A stretch of DNA of 24,000 nt from an uncultured Actinomycetes bacterium (GTDB lineage Bacteria; Actinomycetota; Actinomycetes; S36-B12; CAIYMF01), in the NCBI GenBank assembly GCA_963700395.1, contig CAVOXI010000008.1:100626-124625 (forward strand), given 5' to 3'. Both the position numbers and the translations under genes were made by a program. The notes under the pieces were generated by a model. That model made no database searches. It saw nothing but the letters and a program-made list of their open reading frames with translations, and was not told where the DNA came from. Positions 1 to 10,324 of this stretch are shown in pieces; the stretch's first letter is position 1; every line of letters starts with the position of its first letter.

Positions 1-1055
1 TCCACCACGTCACCGTCGTGCATGACGTACTCCTTGCCCTCGATGCGCACCTTGCCGCGGGACTTGGCCTCGGCCATCGAACCGGCATCGACGAGGTCGT
101 CGAACGACACGACCTCGGCCTTGATGAAGCCCTTCTGGAAGTCGGTGTGGATGACCCCGGCCGCCTCCGGCGCGGTTGCGCCCTTCGGGATCGTCCACGC
201 GCGCGACTCCTTCGGGCCGGCCGTCAGGTAGGACTGGAGGCCCAGCGTGTCGAACCCGACGCGGGCGAGCTGCGTCAGCCCGCTCTCCTCCTGGCCGATC
301 GACTGCAGCAGCTCGAGGGCCTCAGCCTCGTCGAGCTCGATGAGGTCGGCCTCGGTCTTGGCGTCGAGGAAGACGGCCTCGGCCGGAGCGATCAGGGAGG
401 CGAGGTCCGAGCGCATGGCATCGTCCGAGAGCTCGTCGGCGTCGACGTTGAAGACGTAGAGGAACGGCTTGGCGGTGAGCAGGAACAGCTCACGGAGCGG
501 CTCACGGTCCAGCCCTGCCGCGAACACCGTCCGACCGCTCTCGAGGACGGCCTTCGCCTCCTCCGCCGCGGCGAGGGTCGCGACCCGGTCCTTGTTCATC
601 CGGGCCTCCTTCTGCAGCCGCGGGATCGCCTTGTCCAGCGTCTGCATGTCGGCCAGGATCAGCTCGAGGTTGATCACCTCGATGTCGTCCTTCGGTGACA
701 CCCGACCGTCGACGTGGACCACATCCGGATCGGTGAACACCCGGATCACCTGGCAGATCGCGTCGGACTCGCGGATGTGCGACAGGAACTTGTTCCCCAG
801 CCCGGCGCCCTCGCTCGCGCCCTTGACGATCCCGGCGATGTCCACGAACGTGACCGTCGCCGGCAGGGTCCGAGCTGAGCCGAAGATGCCGGCCAGAACG
901 CCCAGGCGCGGGTCGGGGACGCCGACCACGCCAGTGTTCGGCTCGATGGTCGCGAACGGGTAGTTCGCCGCCAGGACGTTGTTGCGGGTCAGCGCGTTGA
1001 ACAGGGTGGACTTGCCGACGTTGGGCAGTCCGACGATGCCGATGGTGAGAGCCAC
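1..1055 (-). CDS. ychF: Ribosome-binding ATPase YchF (Obg/OLA1 family GTPase); 3' end runs off the window start
   Basis: Absent from the ORF track because it has no stop inside the window. My reverse-strand translation from GTG 1055..1053 reads VALTIGIVGLPNVGKSTLFNALTRNNVLAANYPFATIEPNTGVVGVPDPRL...FVDIAGIVKGASEGAGLGNKFLSHIRESDAICQVIRVF...YLTAGPKESRAWTIPKGATAPEAAGVIHTDFQKGFIKAEVVSFDDL...GKEYVMHDGDVV. This shows the P-loop, the G3 motif and the YchF C-terminal motif. TAGAAT lies 8 nt upstream of the GTG on the minus strand (1069..1064). Confidence 0.93.
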   Translation of the reverse strand, partial: MALTIGIVGLPNVGKSTLFNALTRNNVLAANYPFATIEPNTGVVGVPDPRLGVLAGIFGSARTLPATVTFVDIAGIVKGASEGAGLGNKFLSHIRESDAICQVIRVFTDPDVVHVDGRVSPKDDIEVINLELILADMQTLDKAIPRLQKEARMNKDRVATLAAAEEAKAVLESGRTVFAAGLDREPLRELFLLTAKPFLYVFNVDADELSDDAMRSDLASLIAPAEAVFLDAKTEADLIELDEAEALELLQSIGQEESGLTQLARVGFDTLGLQSYLTAGPKESRAWTIPKGATAPEAAGVIHTDFQKGFIKAEVVSFDDLVDAGSMAEAKSRGKVRIEGKEYVMHDGDVV

Positions 1056-1171
1056 AACGAACGATTCTACCGGCGTCCGCCGAGCCTCCCCGACGACTTC
1101 GGGCGGGGCGCGAATGACTCCTCGGCGCTCCGCTTCGCAGTTGTCCCCAACCTGCGTCGCATGCCTTGTGA

Positions 1172-1193
1172 TGTCAGGGGAGTGGGGTACCGT
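1172..1193 (+). promoter_or_regulatory. Candidate RecA-independent DNA-damage promoter (RecA-NDp / PafBC-type): TGTCAGGG-N8-TACCGT
   Basis: TGTCAGGG at 1172-1179, an 8-nt spacer, then TACCGT (TAnnnT) at 1188-1193. This fits the consensus as I remember it, tTGTCRgtg-N8-TAnnnT. It lies 42 nt upstream of the GTG at 1236. Confidence 0.5.
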
Positions 1194-1205
1194 TCTGGCA
1201 TGTGA

Positions 1206-1221
1206 TCGAACACGTGTTCGA
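1206..1221. promoter_or_regulatory. LexA SOS box (actinobacterial type), perfect 16-bp palindrome TCGAACACGTGTTCGA
   Basis: Exact match to the mycobacterial/actinobacterial SOS-box consensus TCGAAC-N4-GTTCGA. It sits 12 nt after the putative -10, so over the expected transcription start, and 14 nt before the GTG at 1236. I found no other such site in the window by eye. Confidence 0.75.
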
Positions 1222-1235
1222 GAGGGGGAGGATTC

Positions 1236-2621
1236 GTGCTCGAGTTGGTGCTGACGGTACGAGACAAATGCGGCCGGTCGATGGACCCCGCGGAGTTGGG
1301 GGTCGATGACCTGGTGGAGGCGATCCGGGCACGGCCGCCGAGTAACGGACCGAACGGGCGGACAGAGCGTGACCTGGACCTGGCCGCGTTCGGACCCGCG
1401 CTGATGTCCCTCGAGGCGGTGGAACAGGTCTCCCGACAGGTCGCCGCCCTGCGGACGGCCTGCGTGGCGGCCGTCGCCGACGAGACCCCCGGAGGATCGA
1501 CAACTGACCAGGTACTCGACGAGGTGTCCTGCTCCCTTGTCGTCTCACGCCGGTCCGCGGCCCATACCCGGGTCACCGCCGAGACCCTTCGCCACCAACC
1601 CGAGGTTTGGGCCGCTCTGTGTCGCGGGGACGTGGACCTGACCCGCGCACGCATCCTGGCCCACGCCCTGCTCGAGGTACCCCGAACAGACCCTGACGGC
1701 GTCCTTCGGGAGGACTACGAATCTGACTGCGCAACAGTGCTCGCCGACGGTCTGGCATACGCACAGGACCACACAGCCCGCCGTCTTGACCTGTTCCTTC
1801 AACGCCGCCTCCTTGCCCTGGGCTGCGCGGATCGGCCCCGGCGCCGCGCCCGGGCGCTGAGCGAGCGCGGAGTCTGGCTCAACCACCGCGGGGACGGCAC
1901 CGCCGACCTGGTCGCGAGACTGACCAGCGAGGACGCCGAACGGGTCTACTCCACCATCCGGGCCTGCGCTCTTGCCGACCGCAATGGAGATCCCGCGTAT
2001 GACGCCGCTGACCCCCGCGAACCCCTGGACCTCTGGCTCGCCTCCGCGCTCGTCGACCTGATCCTCCACCCCGGGTCCTGGCAGTGCGGAACCAACTCGA
2101 GCAGCGATTCGGGCCCTCATGAGGTCCAACGCCCTCGGCTGGACACGATCATCACGGTGACGATCCCCATCGACTCCCTGGCCGGCCTGTCAGACTCCCC
2201 CGGCGTCATCAACGGCTTCGGGGCGATTCCGGCCGAGGACGCCCGCCGTCTGGCCGCTGCGGACGCCCGGTGGCGACACGTCCTCACAAGCCGCACGACC
2301 GGCGCCGTGCTCGACGTGGGAACGCTGTCCTACCGCCCTCCGGCGGCCCTTGAGCGACACGTCCGGCTGCGTGACGGGACCTGCAGGTTCCCCGGCTGCC
2401 CGGTCCCAGCGGCCGAGTGCGACCTCGATCACCTCATCCCGTTCCCCTCGGGCGCAACGTCAGAGGAGAACCTCCATGCGCTCTGCCGACGCCACCACAA
2501 CCTGAAGCACGACGGCGGCTGGCGGGTCGAGGCCACACCGGGGAGTGGGCTGCGCTGGACAAGCCCGCAGGGCGCAACCACCACCACACACCCCGACGAC
2601 AACCACTCCCGCGTCGCTTGA
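1236..2621 (+). CDS. DUF222 domain + HNH endonuclease protein (the mycobacterial '13E12 repeat' type family)
   Basis: 461-aa ORF with a GTG start preceded by GGGGGAGG (1224-1231). The C-terminus RLRDGTCRFPGCPVPAAECDLDHLIPFPSGATSEENLHALCRRHHNLKHDGGWRV is a canonical HNH motif. The long helical N-terminal region is typical of DUF222. Confidence 0.88.
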   Translation: MLELVLTVRDKCGRSMDPAELGVDDLVEAIRARPPSNGPNGRTERDLDLAAFGPALMSLEAVEQVSRQVAALRTACVAAVADETPGGSTTDQVLDEVSCSLVVSRRSAAHTRVTAETLRHQPEVWAALCRGDVDLTRARILAHALLEVPRTDPDGVLREDYESDCATVLADGLAYAQDHTARRLDLFLQRRLLALGCADRPRRRARALSERGVWLNHRGDGTADLVARLTSEDAERVYSTIRACALADRNGDPAYDAADPREPLDLWLASALVDLILHPGSWQCGTNSSSDSGPHEVQRPRLDTIITVTIPIDSLAGLSDSPGVINGFGAIPAEDARRLAAADARWRHVLTSRTTGAVLDVGTLSYRPPAALERHVRLRDGTCRFPGCPVPAAECDLDHLIPFPSGATSEENLHALCRRHHNLKHDGGWRVEATPGSGLRWTSPQGATTTTHPDDNHSRVA

Positions 2622-2643
2622 GGAACCGAGCCAGGAACTTCCC

Positions 2644-2669
2644 GAGGGCGCAGGGCGACTATCGCCCTC
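2644..2669 (+). terminator. Candidate stem-loop downstream of the HNH gene (no U-tract)
   Basis: GAGGGCG (2644-2650) pairs with CGCCCTC (2663-2669). An alternative tighter hairpin is GGGCGA (2653-2658)-CTA-TCGCCC (2662-2667). It starts 22 nt after the stop codon. There is no T-run, which is common in high-GC actinobacteria but weakens the call. Confidence 0.3.
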
Positions 2670-2699
2670 CATGTCAGTCCCCCCCGATAGGAATGGTCC

Positions 2700-4034
2700 A
2701 TGGATAGGACGATGTTGTGGAGCGTGGCCCTCCTCTCGCTGGCTCTGGCGCTCGGGTGGCTGCTGCGCGGGCTTGTGGACCGTCCACGTCAAGCGGCGGA
2801 ACGCGCCGTCTCTGGGGAGCGGGTGGCGCGCCTGGAAGCAGAGCTCACCGCTGCCCGAACGACAGCCGAGTCCCAAGCCCGGACACCGGAGCAGGTGGCC
2901 CAGGTGATGGCACCGGTCCAGACCGCGCTGGGCCGCCTCGAGGAGGCCGTGGCCCGAGCGGAGGGTGGACGTGCCACCTCCACTGCCCAGCTGGCTGAGC
3001 AGATGAGGGCCGTGGCCCAGGCCACGAGTGTGTCCACCGATGGGCTGCGGCGCGAGACCGCCCGGCTGGTGGGGGCCCTGGGGCACAGTGAGGTGCGCGG
3101 GCGCTGGGGGGAGTTCCAGCTGCGGCGGCTGCTCGAGTCCTCTGGCCTGGTGCGAGACGTGCACTTCACCGAGCAGCAGAGCGTCTCCACCGACGCCGGC
3201 CTGCTCCGCCCCGATGTCGTGCTGCACCTCGGCGAGGACAAGACCGTCGTGGTGGACGCGAAGGTGTCGCTACGGGCCATCCTCGGCATCCAGGCTGGTG
3301 ACCCGCAGGACGAGGTCGCCGCGGCGCGGGCCCAACACGCTCGGGAGGTGCGCAACCACGTCGACCGGTTGGCGAGCAAGGAGTACGCCCGGCAGTTCGA
3401 CACCGCGCCGGAGTTCGTCGTCATGTTCCTGCCCGCGGAGTCCCTGCTGGCCGAGGCCCTGGCCTGCGACCCAACCCTGCTCGAGCATGCCTTCGGCCGC
3501 AACGTCGTCCTGGCAACTCCGACCACCTTGATGGCACTGACCCGAACCGTCGGCCATATCTGGCGCCAGGATGCCCTGGCTGCCAATGCCAAGGAGGTCC
3601 AGGCCCTGGGCCGGGAGATGGCCGAGCGCCTTGCGACCATGCTTGGACACCTCGACAAGCTGGGTTCGTCCCTGGGCGCCGGCGTCACCGCCTACAACAG
3701 GGCCATCGCGTCGCTTGAGTCCCGGGTGCTCGTGACCGGTCGGCGGTTCACCGAGCTGCAGGGCCTGCCGATCCCGCTGGAGTCACCTCGGCAGGTGGAT
3801 CAGCAGCCACGAAGCCTGGCAGCCCGGGCAGCCGACGAGGACCAGCCCACCCAGGACCAGCCGGCCCAGGTATTGGCCGAACAGGCCACATCCGTCCATC
3901 CGGACGAACTCGACCTCGCCGCCAACCTCCTGGACCGGCCGCACCCGGGCGACTCAGGGTCACTCGACCCCCTCGAGCGGCAGGCGCTGGACGCGGGTGG
4001 ATCACCGCAGGAGTCCACGACGGCCGTCGCATAG
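2700..4034 (+). CDS. rmuC: DNA recombination protein RmuC
   Basis: 444-aa ORF with an N-terminal TM helix and a coiled-coil region. The RmuC core follows: EVRGRWGEFQLRRLLESSGLVRDVHFTEQQSV...PDVVLHLGEDKTVVVDAKVSL...FVVMFLPAESLLAEAL...GRNVVLATPTTLMALTRTV. ATG 2712 is an alternative start. Confidence 0.92.
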   Translation: MDRTMLWSVALLSLALALGWLLRGLVDRPRQAAERAVSGERVARLEAELTAARTTAESQARTPEQVAQVMAPVQTALGRLEEAVARAEGGRATSTAQLAEQMRAVAQATSVSTDGLRRETARLVGALGHSEVRGRWGEFQLRRLLESSGLVRDVHFTEQQSVSTDAGLLRPDVVLHLGEDKTVVVDAKVSLRAILGIQAGDPQDEVAAARAQHAREVRNHVDRLASKEYARQFDTAPEFVVMFLPAESLLAEALACDPTLLEHAFGRNVVLATPTTLMALTRTVGHIWRQDALAANAKEVQALGREMAERLATMLGHLDKLGSSLGAGVTAYNRAIASLESRVLVTGRRFTELQGLPIPLESPRQVDQQPRSLAARAADEDQPTQDQPAQVLAEQATSVHPDELDLAANLLDRPHPGDSGSLDPLERQALDAGGSPQESTTAVA

Positions 4035-4066
4035 TCCTCGACTACCAGCGGGCTACCATTCGGCTC

Positions 4067-4549
4067 GTGACCCTCCCCTCACCCGGACCCGGCAATGCCG
4101 GGTGGGGAGGTTCCGGAACTCCCACCGACGGGCCCATGCGGCCACAGGCAGTCGCACCGCCCACCGACACTGGACGAGGATTCCCTGGCGGTCGGGTGGT
4201 GGCCGTCGCCACGCTCGCGGTGATCGCCGTGGCGATCATCGAGGCCGCATTGCGCGACCGCGTCGGTCCGTGGACGGGCGCGACCCTCGTGGTGGTGGCG
4301 ATCGTCGCCCCACTGGTGACGCGCGCCGGGGATCGTTCGCTGCCCGCGATGATGCCTCCCCTGGCGTTCCTCGTGGCAGTGCTGATCGCCGGGCAACTGC
4401 TCGTGGCCAGGACGGGGGCGGGCAACTTCGACCGCGTCTCCGAGGCCGTGATGATCGCCCAGAACCTCGGACCCAACGCGGTCTGGGTGGTCGCGGCGAC
4501 GATCCTGTCGGTCACGGTTGCGACCATCCGGCACTTCACCGACCGCTGA
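4067..4549 (+). CDS. Hypothetical integral membrane protein (about 4 hydrophobic helices)
   Basis: 160-aa ORF with a GTG start. It has a Pro/Gly-rich N-terminus followed by hydrophobic segments (VVAVATLAVIAVAIIEAAL, ATLVVVAIVAPLV, LAFLVAVLIAGQLLV, AVWVVAATILSVTVATI). No family motif I can name with confidence. Codon third positions are GC-rich in this frame. Confidence 0.6.
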   Translation: MTLPSPGPGNAGWGGSGTPTDGPMRPQAVAPPTDTGRGFPGGRVVAVATLAVIAVAIIEAALRDRVGPWTGATLVVVAIVAPLVTRAGDRSLPAMMPPLAFLVAVLIAGQLLVARTGAGNFDRVSEAVMIAQNLGPNAVWVVAATILSVTVATIRHFTDR

Positions 4550-4567
4550 GGTCCCCCGACCGCGCCA

Positions 4568-5533
4568 CTACTGCTTCCCGGCCGCCTTCAACTCGCGGCG
4601 AAGCTCCTGGGGCAGCGCGAAGACCATGTGCTCCTCGACGGCGTCCACGTCCTCGACGTCATCGAAGCCGAGCTCGGCGAGTCGGACGAGCACATCACGT
4701 ACCAGGATCTCCGGGACCGACGCTCCGCTGGTGACCCCCACGGTGGCGGCACCATCGAACCAGGCCGCCTCCAGTTCGGTTGCCTGATCGACGCGGTACC
4801 CCGACTTCGCGCCGTGCTGCAGCCCGACCTCGAGCAGCCGCACGGAGTTCGAGGAGTTGGCCGACCCGACCACGATGAGCACGTCGCTGCGCGGGGCCAC
4901 CTTCTTCACCGCAGTCTGGCGGTTCTGGGTGGCGTAGCAGATGTCATCGCTGGGCGGGCTGACCAGCGCGGGAAGGCGCTCGCGCAGCGCACCCACAGTC
5001 TCCATGGTCTCGTCCACCGAGAGCGTCGTCTGCGACAGCCAGACCACCTTCTCGTCCGCGGCGAGGTCGAGGTCGGCGACTGATTCCGGACCGGAGACCA
5101 GTGTCATGGCCCCGGGCGCCTCGCCCATGGTGCCCTCGACCTCCTCATGGCCCTCGTGGCCGATGAGCAGGATCCGATAGCCCTCGTCGGCGAAGCGACG
5201 AGCCTCGTTGTGCACCTTGGTGACCAGCGGGCAGGTCGCATCGATGGTGCGCAGGCCGCGCTCGGCGGCCTCCTCGTGGACTGACGGCGCCACGCCGTGA
5301 GCGCTGAAGACCACGGTCGCGCCCTCGGGGACGTCGTCGGTCTCCGTCACGAAGACGGCCCCACGCGCCGCCAGGGAGTCCACCACGTAGCGGTTGTGGA
5401 CGATCTCCTTGCGCACGTAGACCGGCGCGCCGTAGAGGTCGAGGGCCTTCTCGACGGCGACCACGGCACGGTCAACGCCGGCGCAGTAGCCGCGTGGCGC
5501 GGCGAGCAGGACCTTGCGACCCGGTTCAGACAT
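4568..5533 (-). CDS. ispH: 4-hydroxy-3-methylbut-2-enyl diphosphate reductase (IspH/LytB)
   Basis: The ORF contains [31 protein letters not shown]...VHNRYVV...FSAHGV...[10 protein letters not shown]...[13 protein letters not shown]...TTLSVDET...ICYATQNRQ...[11 protein letters not shown] place the start at ATG 5533 rather than the track's 5596, because GGAGG (5539..5535) lies directly upstream and homologues begin near there. Confidence 0.95.
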   Translation of the reverse strand: MSEPGRKVLLAAPRGYCAGVDRAVVAVEKALDLYGAPVYVRKEIVHNRYVVDSLAARGAVFVTETDDVPEGATVVFSAHGVAPSVHEEAAERGLRTIDATCPLVTKVHNEARRFADEGYRILLIGHEGHEEVEGTMGEAPGAMTLVSGPESVADLDLAADEKVVWLSQTTLSVDETMETVGALRERLPALVSPPSDDICYATQNRQTAVKKVAPRSDVLIVVGSANSSNSVRLLEVGLQHGAKSGYRVDQATELEAAWFDGAATVGVTSGASVPEILVRDVLVRLAELGFDDVEDVDAVEEHMVFALPQELRRELKAAGKQ

Positions 5534-5558
5534 GCCTCCATGGTAGGGCGGTCCGGCG

Positions 5559-6848
5559 ATGTCCGCCCCCTGTCGTACTCTCGCGACCATGGCCACAGCC
5601 CCCCAGACGAGCCCACCGGGCGCCGCACCCGTGGACGGCTCCGCCCCCGAGCGCGCATGGCCGGTCCGCGAGATCTCGGTGAAGCTGCGCGACTACATCG
5701 CCCGGCTGAACCGCGTCTGGATCGAGGGCCAGGTCGTGGAGGTCAGTCGCCGCAGCGGCTCACAGGTGTACCTGACCATCCGCGATGTCGACGTCGACGC
5801 CTCCGTGTCGGTCGTCATCCCCGGCGGCCTCGACCGCGCCATGAACCCCCCGCTGACCGCGGGTCAACGCGTCCTCCTGCACGTCCAGTGCGAGTACTGG
5901 GTCCGCAACGGTCGCCTCATGCTGCGCGCCAGCGAGATCCGCCCGGTCGGCATCGGCGAGCTCCTGGCCACCCTGGAGCGTCGCAAGCAGCAACTGGCTG
6001 CCGAGGGCCTGTTCGCCCCCGAGCTCAAGCGCCGCCTGCCCCTGCTCCCCCGCAGGATCGGACTCATCACCGGAGCCAACGCCCAGGCGATGCACGACGT
6101 GATCACCAACGCCCGTCTCAGGTGGCCGGCCGCGCAGTTCGAGGTCCGGGAGGGCGCGGTGCAGGGCGCGTCAGCGGTGAGCACGATGATCCGCAGCCTC
6201 GCCGAGCTCGACGCCGACGAGTCCGTGGAGGTCATCGTGTTCGCCCGCGGCGGCGGCAGCCTCGAGGACCTGCTGCCGTTCAGCGACGAGTCGCTGATCC
6301 GCGCGGTGGCTGCCGTCCGGACCCCCGTCGTCAGCGCGATCGGCCACGAGCAGGACGCCCCCCTGCTCGACCTCGTCGCCGACCTGCGGGCCTCGACCCC
6401 CACGGATGCCGGCAAGCGGATCGTCCCCGAGTGGGCGGAGGAGTCCCGGCGCATCTCCGATCGGCGGGCCAGTCTCGACCGGACGATGCTGACCCGCCTG
6501 GAGCAGGCCGCCACGTGGTTGGAGCAGACGCGCAGCCGACCTGCCATGGCCGACCCCGCCGGGTTGCTGCCCCGGCTGTCGGCGGAGGTGCACACCGCCC
6601 GCCAGCGCGCATTCCGGGCCGTGGAGCAGCGGATCGGCACCCAGGAGCGTGACCTCGCCCACCTGCGCGCGCGGGCGCGGGCGCTGTCCCCGCTGGCCAC
6701 CCTCGACCGCGGCTACGCGGTGGTGGTCGGCCCGAACGGCGACTTCATCCGCGCCGCCGACCAGCTCCATCCCGGCGACGGCGTGCGGGTGCGCGTCGCC
6801 ACCGGTCACTTCCGGGCCGACGTCACCGACGTAGCATCGGCATCATGA
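5559..6848 (+). CDS. xseA: Exodeoxyribonuclease VII large subunit
   Basis: 429-aa ORF: [29 protein letters not shown]...[22 protein letters not shown]...[20 protein letters not shown]...[30 protein letters not shown]. The stop overlaps the xseB start (ATGA at 6845-6848). Alternative start at ATG 5589, which has TACTCT (5576-5581) 7 nt upstream and may therefore be leaderless. Confidence 0.93.
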   Translation: MSAPCRTLATMATAPQTSPPGAAPVDGSAPERAWPVREISVKLRDYIARLNRVWIEGQVVEVSRRSGSQVYLTIRDVDVDASVSVVIPGGLDRAMNPPLTAGQRVLLHVQCEYWVRNGRLMLRASEIRPVGIGELLATLERRKQQLAAEGLFAPELKRRLPLLPRRIGLITGANAQAMHDVITNARLRWPAAQFEVREGAVQGASAVSTMIRSLAELDADESVEVIVFARGGGSLEDLLPFSDESLIRAVAAVRTPVVSAIGHEQDAPLLDLVADLRASTPTDAGKRIVPEWAEESRRISDRRASLDRTMLTRLEQAATWLEQTRSRPAMADPAGLLPRLSAEVHTARQRAFRAVEQRIGTQERDLAHLRARARALSPLATLDRGYAVVVGPNGDFIRAADQLHPGDGVRVRVATGHFRADVTDVASAS

Positions 6849-7375
6849 CTGAGCCCACCGCGCCCCTGCCGGGCGGGAACCCCGAGGACCTCGCCAACCT
6901 CAGCTACGAGCAGGCTCGCACCGCCCTCGACCAGGTCGTGGCCGCGCTCGAGTCCAGCACCGTCAACCTCGAGATGTCACTGGCGCTGTGGGAGCGCGGC
7001 ACCGCACTGGCCGACATCTGCCAGGCGCACCTCGACGGGGCCCGGGAGCGCATCGAGGCGGCGAGGCCGGGCCTGACGGCCGAGGGCCCGGCCAGCAGTA
7101 GGGCCCGGGAACGTGGGGCTGGCGCATCCATGAACCGGCGCCGAGCGACCGGCAGACCATCGGCCGTCGGCCGCAAAGCAGTCGACCGGCGCCGGCGAAG
7201 CAGTCCTCAGCGCTCGACAGCCGCCAGCTGTGCCGGCCAGGGTCTCGAGCTCCGCCCACTCGCGCCGAGCCTGTCACGATCGTGGCCGTGCCGTCCTCGA
7301 CCAGCACCAGCGACCGGCGGTCATCGGGGGTGGGGTCGCCCTCCATCCGGGTCCACTCGCGCCCCCCGATGGTGA
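6845..7375 (+). CDS. xseB: Exodeoxyribonuclease VII small subunit. Only the first ~75 codons look like XseB; the rest is probable read-through
   Basis: The N-terminal LSYEQARTALDQVVAALESSTVNLEMSLALWERGTALADICQAHLDGARERIEAA is the XseB fold. The remaining ~100 codons are R/G/P/S-rich with poorer third-position GC, and they are antisense to DUF4245. Removing one G from the GGG at 7068-7070 would give ...IEAARPA-stop at 7074-7076, a 76-aa protein of typical XseB size. Confidence 0.8.
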   Translation: MTEPTAPLPGGNPEDLANLSYEQARTALDQVVAALESSTVNLEMSLALWERGTALADICQAHLDGARERIEAARPGLTAEGPASSRARERGAGASMNRRRATGRPSAVGRKAVDRRRRSSPQRSTAASCAGQGLELRPLAPSLSRSWPCRPRPAPATGGHRGWGRPPSGSTRAPRW

Positions 7376-7784
7376 CCGTCCCCTCAGCGACACCGTCGCG
7401 CGTCTCGGACTCGATCCAGTCCGTCTGCGCCGCGATCGCCTGCTTCGGGAACTGACCGCGCTGCAGGACGGCGGCGTACTCCTCGGCCGGGGTGTAGAAC
7501 CCGGCCCGCCAGCCCAGCGTGCCGTCCGCCTCCGGCTCCACGCGCGCGCTGGTCGCGGGCCACGGGAACGTCACCGGCGGCGCGAGGACCTCGTAGGACG
7601 CGGCTGTGGCGGCTGACTGGGCGACAGGCGCCCATTCGACCTCGCGGATCGCCTCCGAGCTGCGCGGGTGCGCGAAGTACATCCAGATCAGCAGCACGAT
7701 CGCCACGAGGCCCAGGGAGCGGACCATGTCCGTGCCGACCTGGCGTCCGCGCGACGGCGCCCGACCGACGGTCTGCTCTCCCAT
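7207..7784 (-). pseudogene. DUF4245 domain protein with its 3' end disrupted by two apparent +1 shifts (the ORF as sequenced runs 6963..7784)
   Basis: MGEQTVGRAPSRGRQVGTDMVRSLGLVAIVLLIWMYF...WRAGFYTPAEEYAAVLQRG...TVTIGGREWTRMEG...LVLVEDGTATIVTGSA is DUF4245-like. After ...TGSA the plausible sequence continues in the next frame (EWAELETLA), then in the third frame (AQLAAVER-stop, TGA at 7209..7207). The in-frame continuation to 6963 is R/P/G/C/W-rich nonsense. Confidence 0.7.
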
Positions 7785-7856
7785 GGGGACGATGGTGGAC
7801 CATCAGGGGGCGGTCCGCACAATCTGCCCCCGCCACCCGCCCTATCCGCCTCGGAC

Positions 7857-7862
7857 TAGGCT
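7857..7862 (+). promoter_or_regulatory. -10 hexamer TAGGCT placed for a leaderless fumarate hydratase mRNA
   Basis: TAGGCT (TAnnnT) is followed by exactly 6 nt and then ATG 7869. There is no Shine-Dalgarno sequence in between. Confidence 0.45.
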
Positions 7863-7868
7863 CGATCC

Positions 7869-9529
<1,661 letters not shown>

Positions 9530-9533
<4 letters not shown>

Positions 9534-10324
9534 TACCAGTGGTGTGATCGCCAGAACGACCACGCCTGGCAGGGCGAACCGTAGCGACCCTTGATGTACT
9601 TGGCGCCGACCCGGATCTGGATCGCGGGGCTGTGCATGTACTGCGAGGTGGAGTAGCCGGCGCGGCGCCACACGGCCGAGGAGGTCTGCGGGATGCCGTG
9701 GTAGCGACCATTCGGGTTGCTCGCCCAGTACCGCCAGCCGCTCTCCCTGGTCCACAGGCTCGACAGGCAGGACATCTGCCCCGAGCCCCACCCGTAGGTG
9801 CGCGAGATGTACGCCGCGGCGAAGCGCTTGCTCGCCGCCGGGGCGCCCGCCCGGGGCAGGCCACGCGAGGAGGACTTCGCTGCGCGCGCCCGCGCCTTCG
9901 CCACCTTCTTGACCGCCTTGAGCGTCCGTGCGGTCACGACGCCGGTGGCCTTGACCCCCGCGGAGCGCTGGGCCTTCTTCACGGCCTTGCGCGTCCTCGT
10001 GTCGAAGGTCGCGGTCTGCTTGACCTTCAGGAGCTTCTGCAGCGCCTGGACGTCGGGACCCGTGTCGCCGAGGCGGATGACCCGGTCACCGAGGGCGAAC
10101 ACCGCGGGGACAGCGGCGGGGACGTCCGTCGGCGCCGGCACAGCAATCGGGGCCGGCTCAGCCGTGGCCACCGGCGGGGCAACCTCGTCGGCACGTGCTG
10201 GCGAGCCCGCCAGCGCCGGCAGTCCCACGATCAACAGGGCAGCGACAAGGACGGCCAGGAGGCGAGGCGCGGGCATCGACGACGGTCCAGCGGGGGCAGC
10301 CTGCACGGGGCGTGAAGTGCTCAT
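9530..10324 (-). CDS. Secreted peptidoglycan-binding protein with a C-terminal lytic-transglycosylase-like domain
   Basis: Signal peptide from ATG 10324 ([45 protein letters not shown]). A PG_binding_1-like segment follows ([18 protein letters not shown]...[13 protein letters not shown]). The C-terminal motif is [29 protein letters not shown]...[30 protein letters not shown]. The track ORF starts at 10408; I prefer 10324 because of the signal peptide. Confidence 0.8.

Noticed and set aside
18-698. 226-aa plus-strand ORF and neighbours at the left edge
   Set aside because: They are antisense or off-frame to ychF, which is missing from the track only because it lacks a stop inside the window.
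3997-4734. 245-aa Arg-rich ORF bridging the rmuC end, the membrane protein and the ispH end
   Set aside because: It is off-frame to three better-supported genes, and its extreme R/G/P/D composition is not protein-like.
5297-6652. 451-aa plus-strand ORF and the 278-aa/212-aa minus-strand ORFs over xseA
   Set aside because: They are alternative frames of ispH/xseA with Arg/Pro/Gly-dominated composition. The xseA frame has the family motifs.
7081-7110. GGGCCC...GGGCCC self-complementary arms between xseB and DUF4245 as a bidirectional terminator
   Set aside because: The stem is only 6 bp, with a 12-nt spacer and no T/A tracts. It is also currently inside both read-through ORFs, so the evidence is too weak to annotate.
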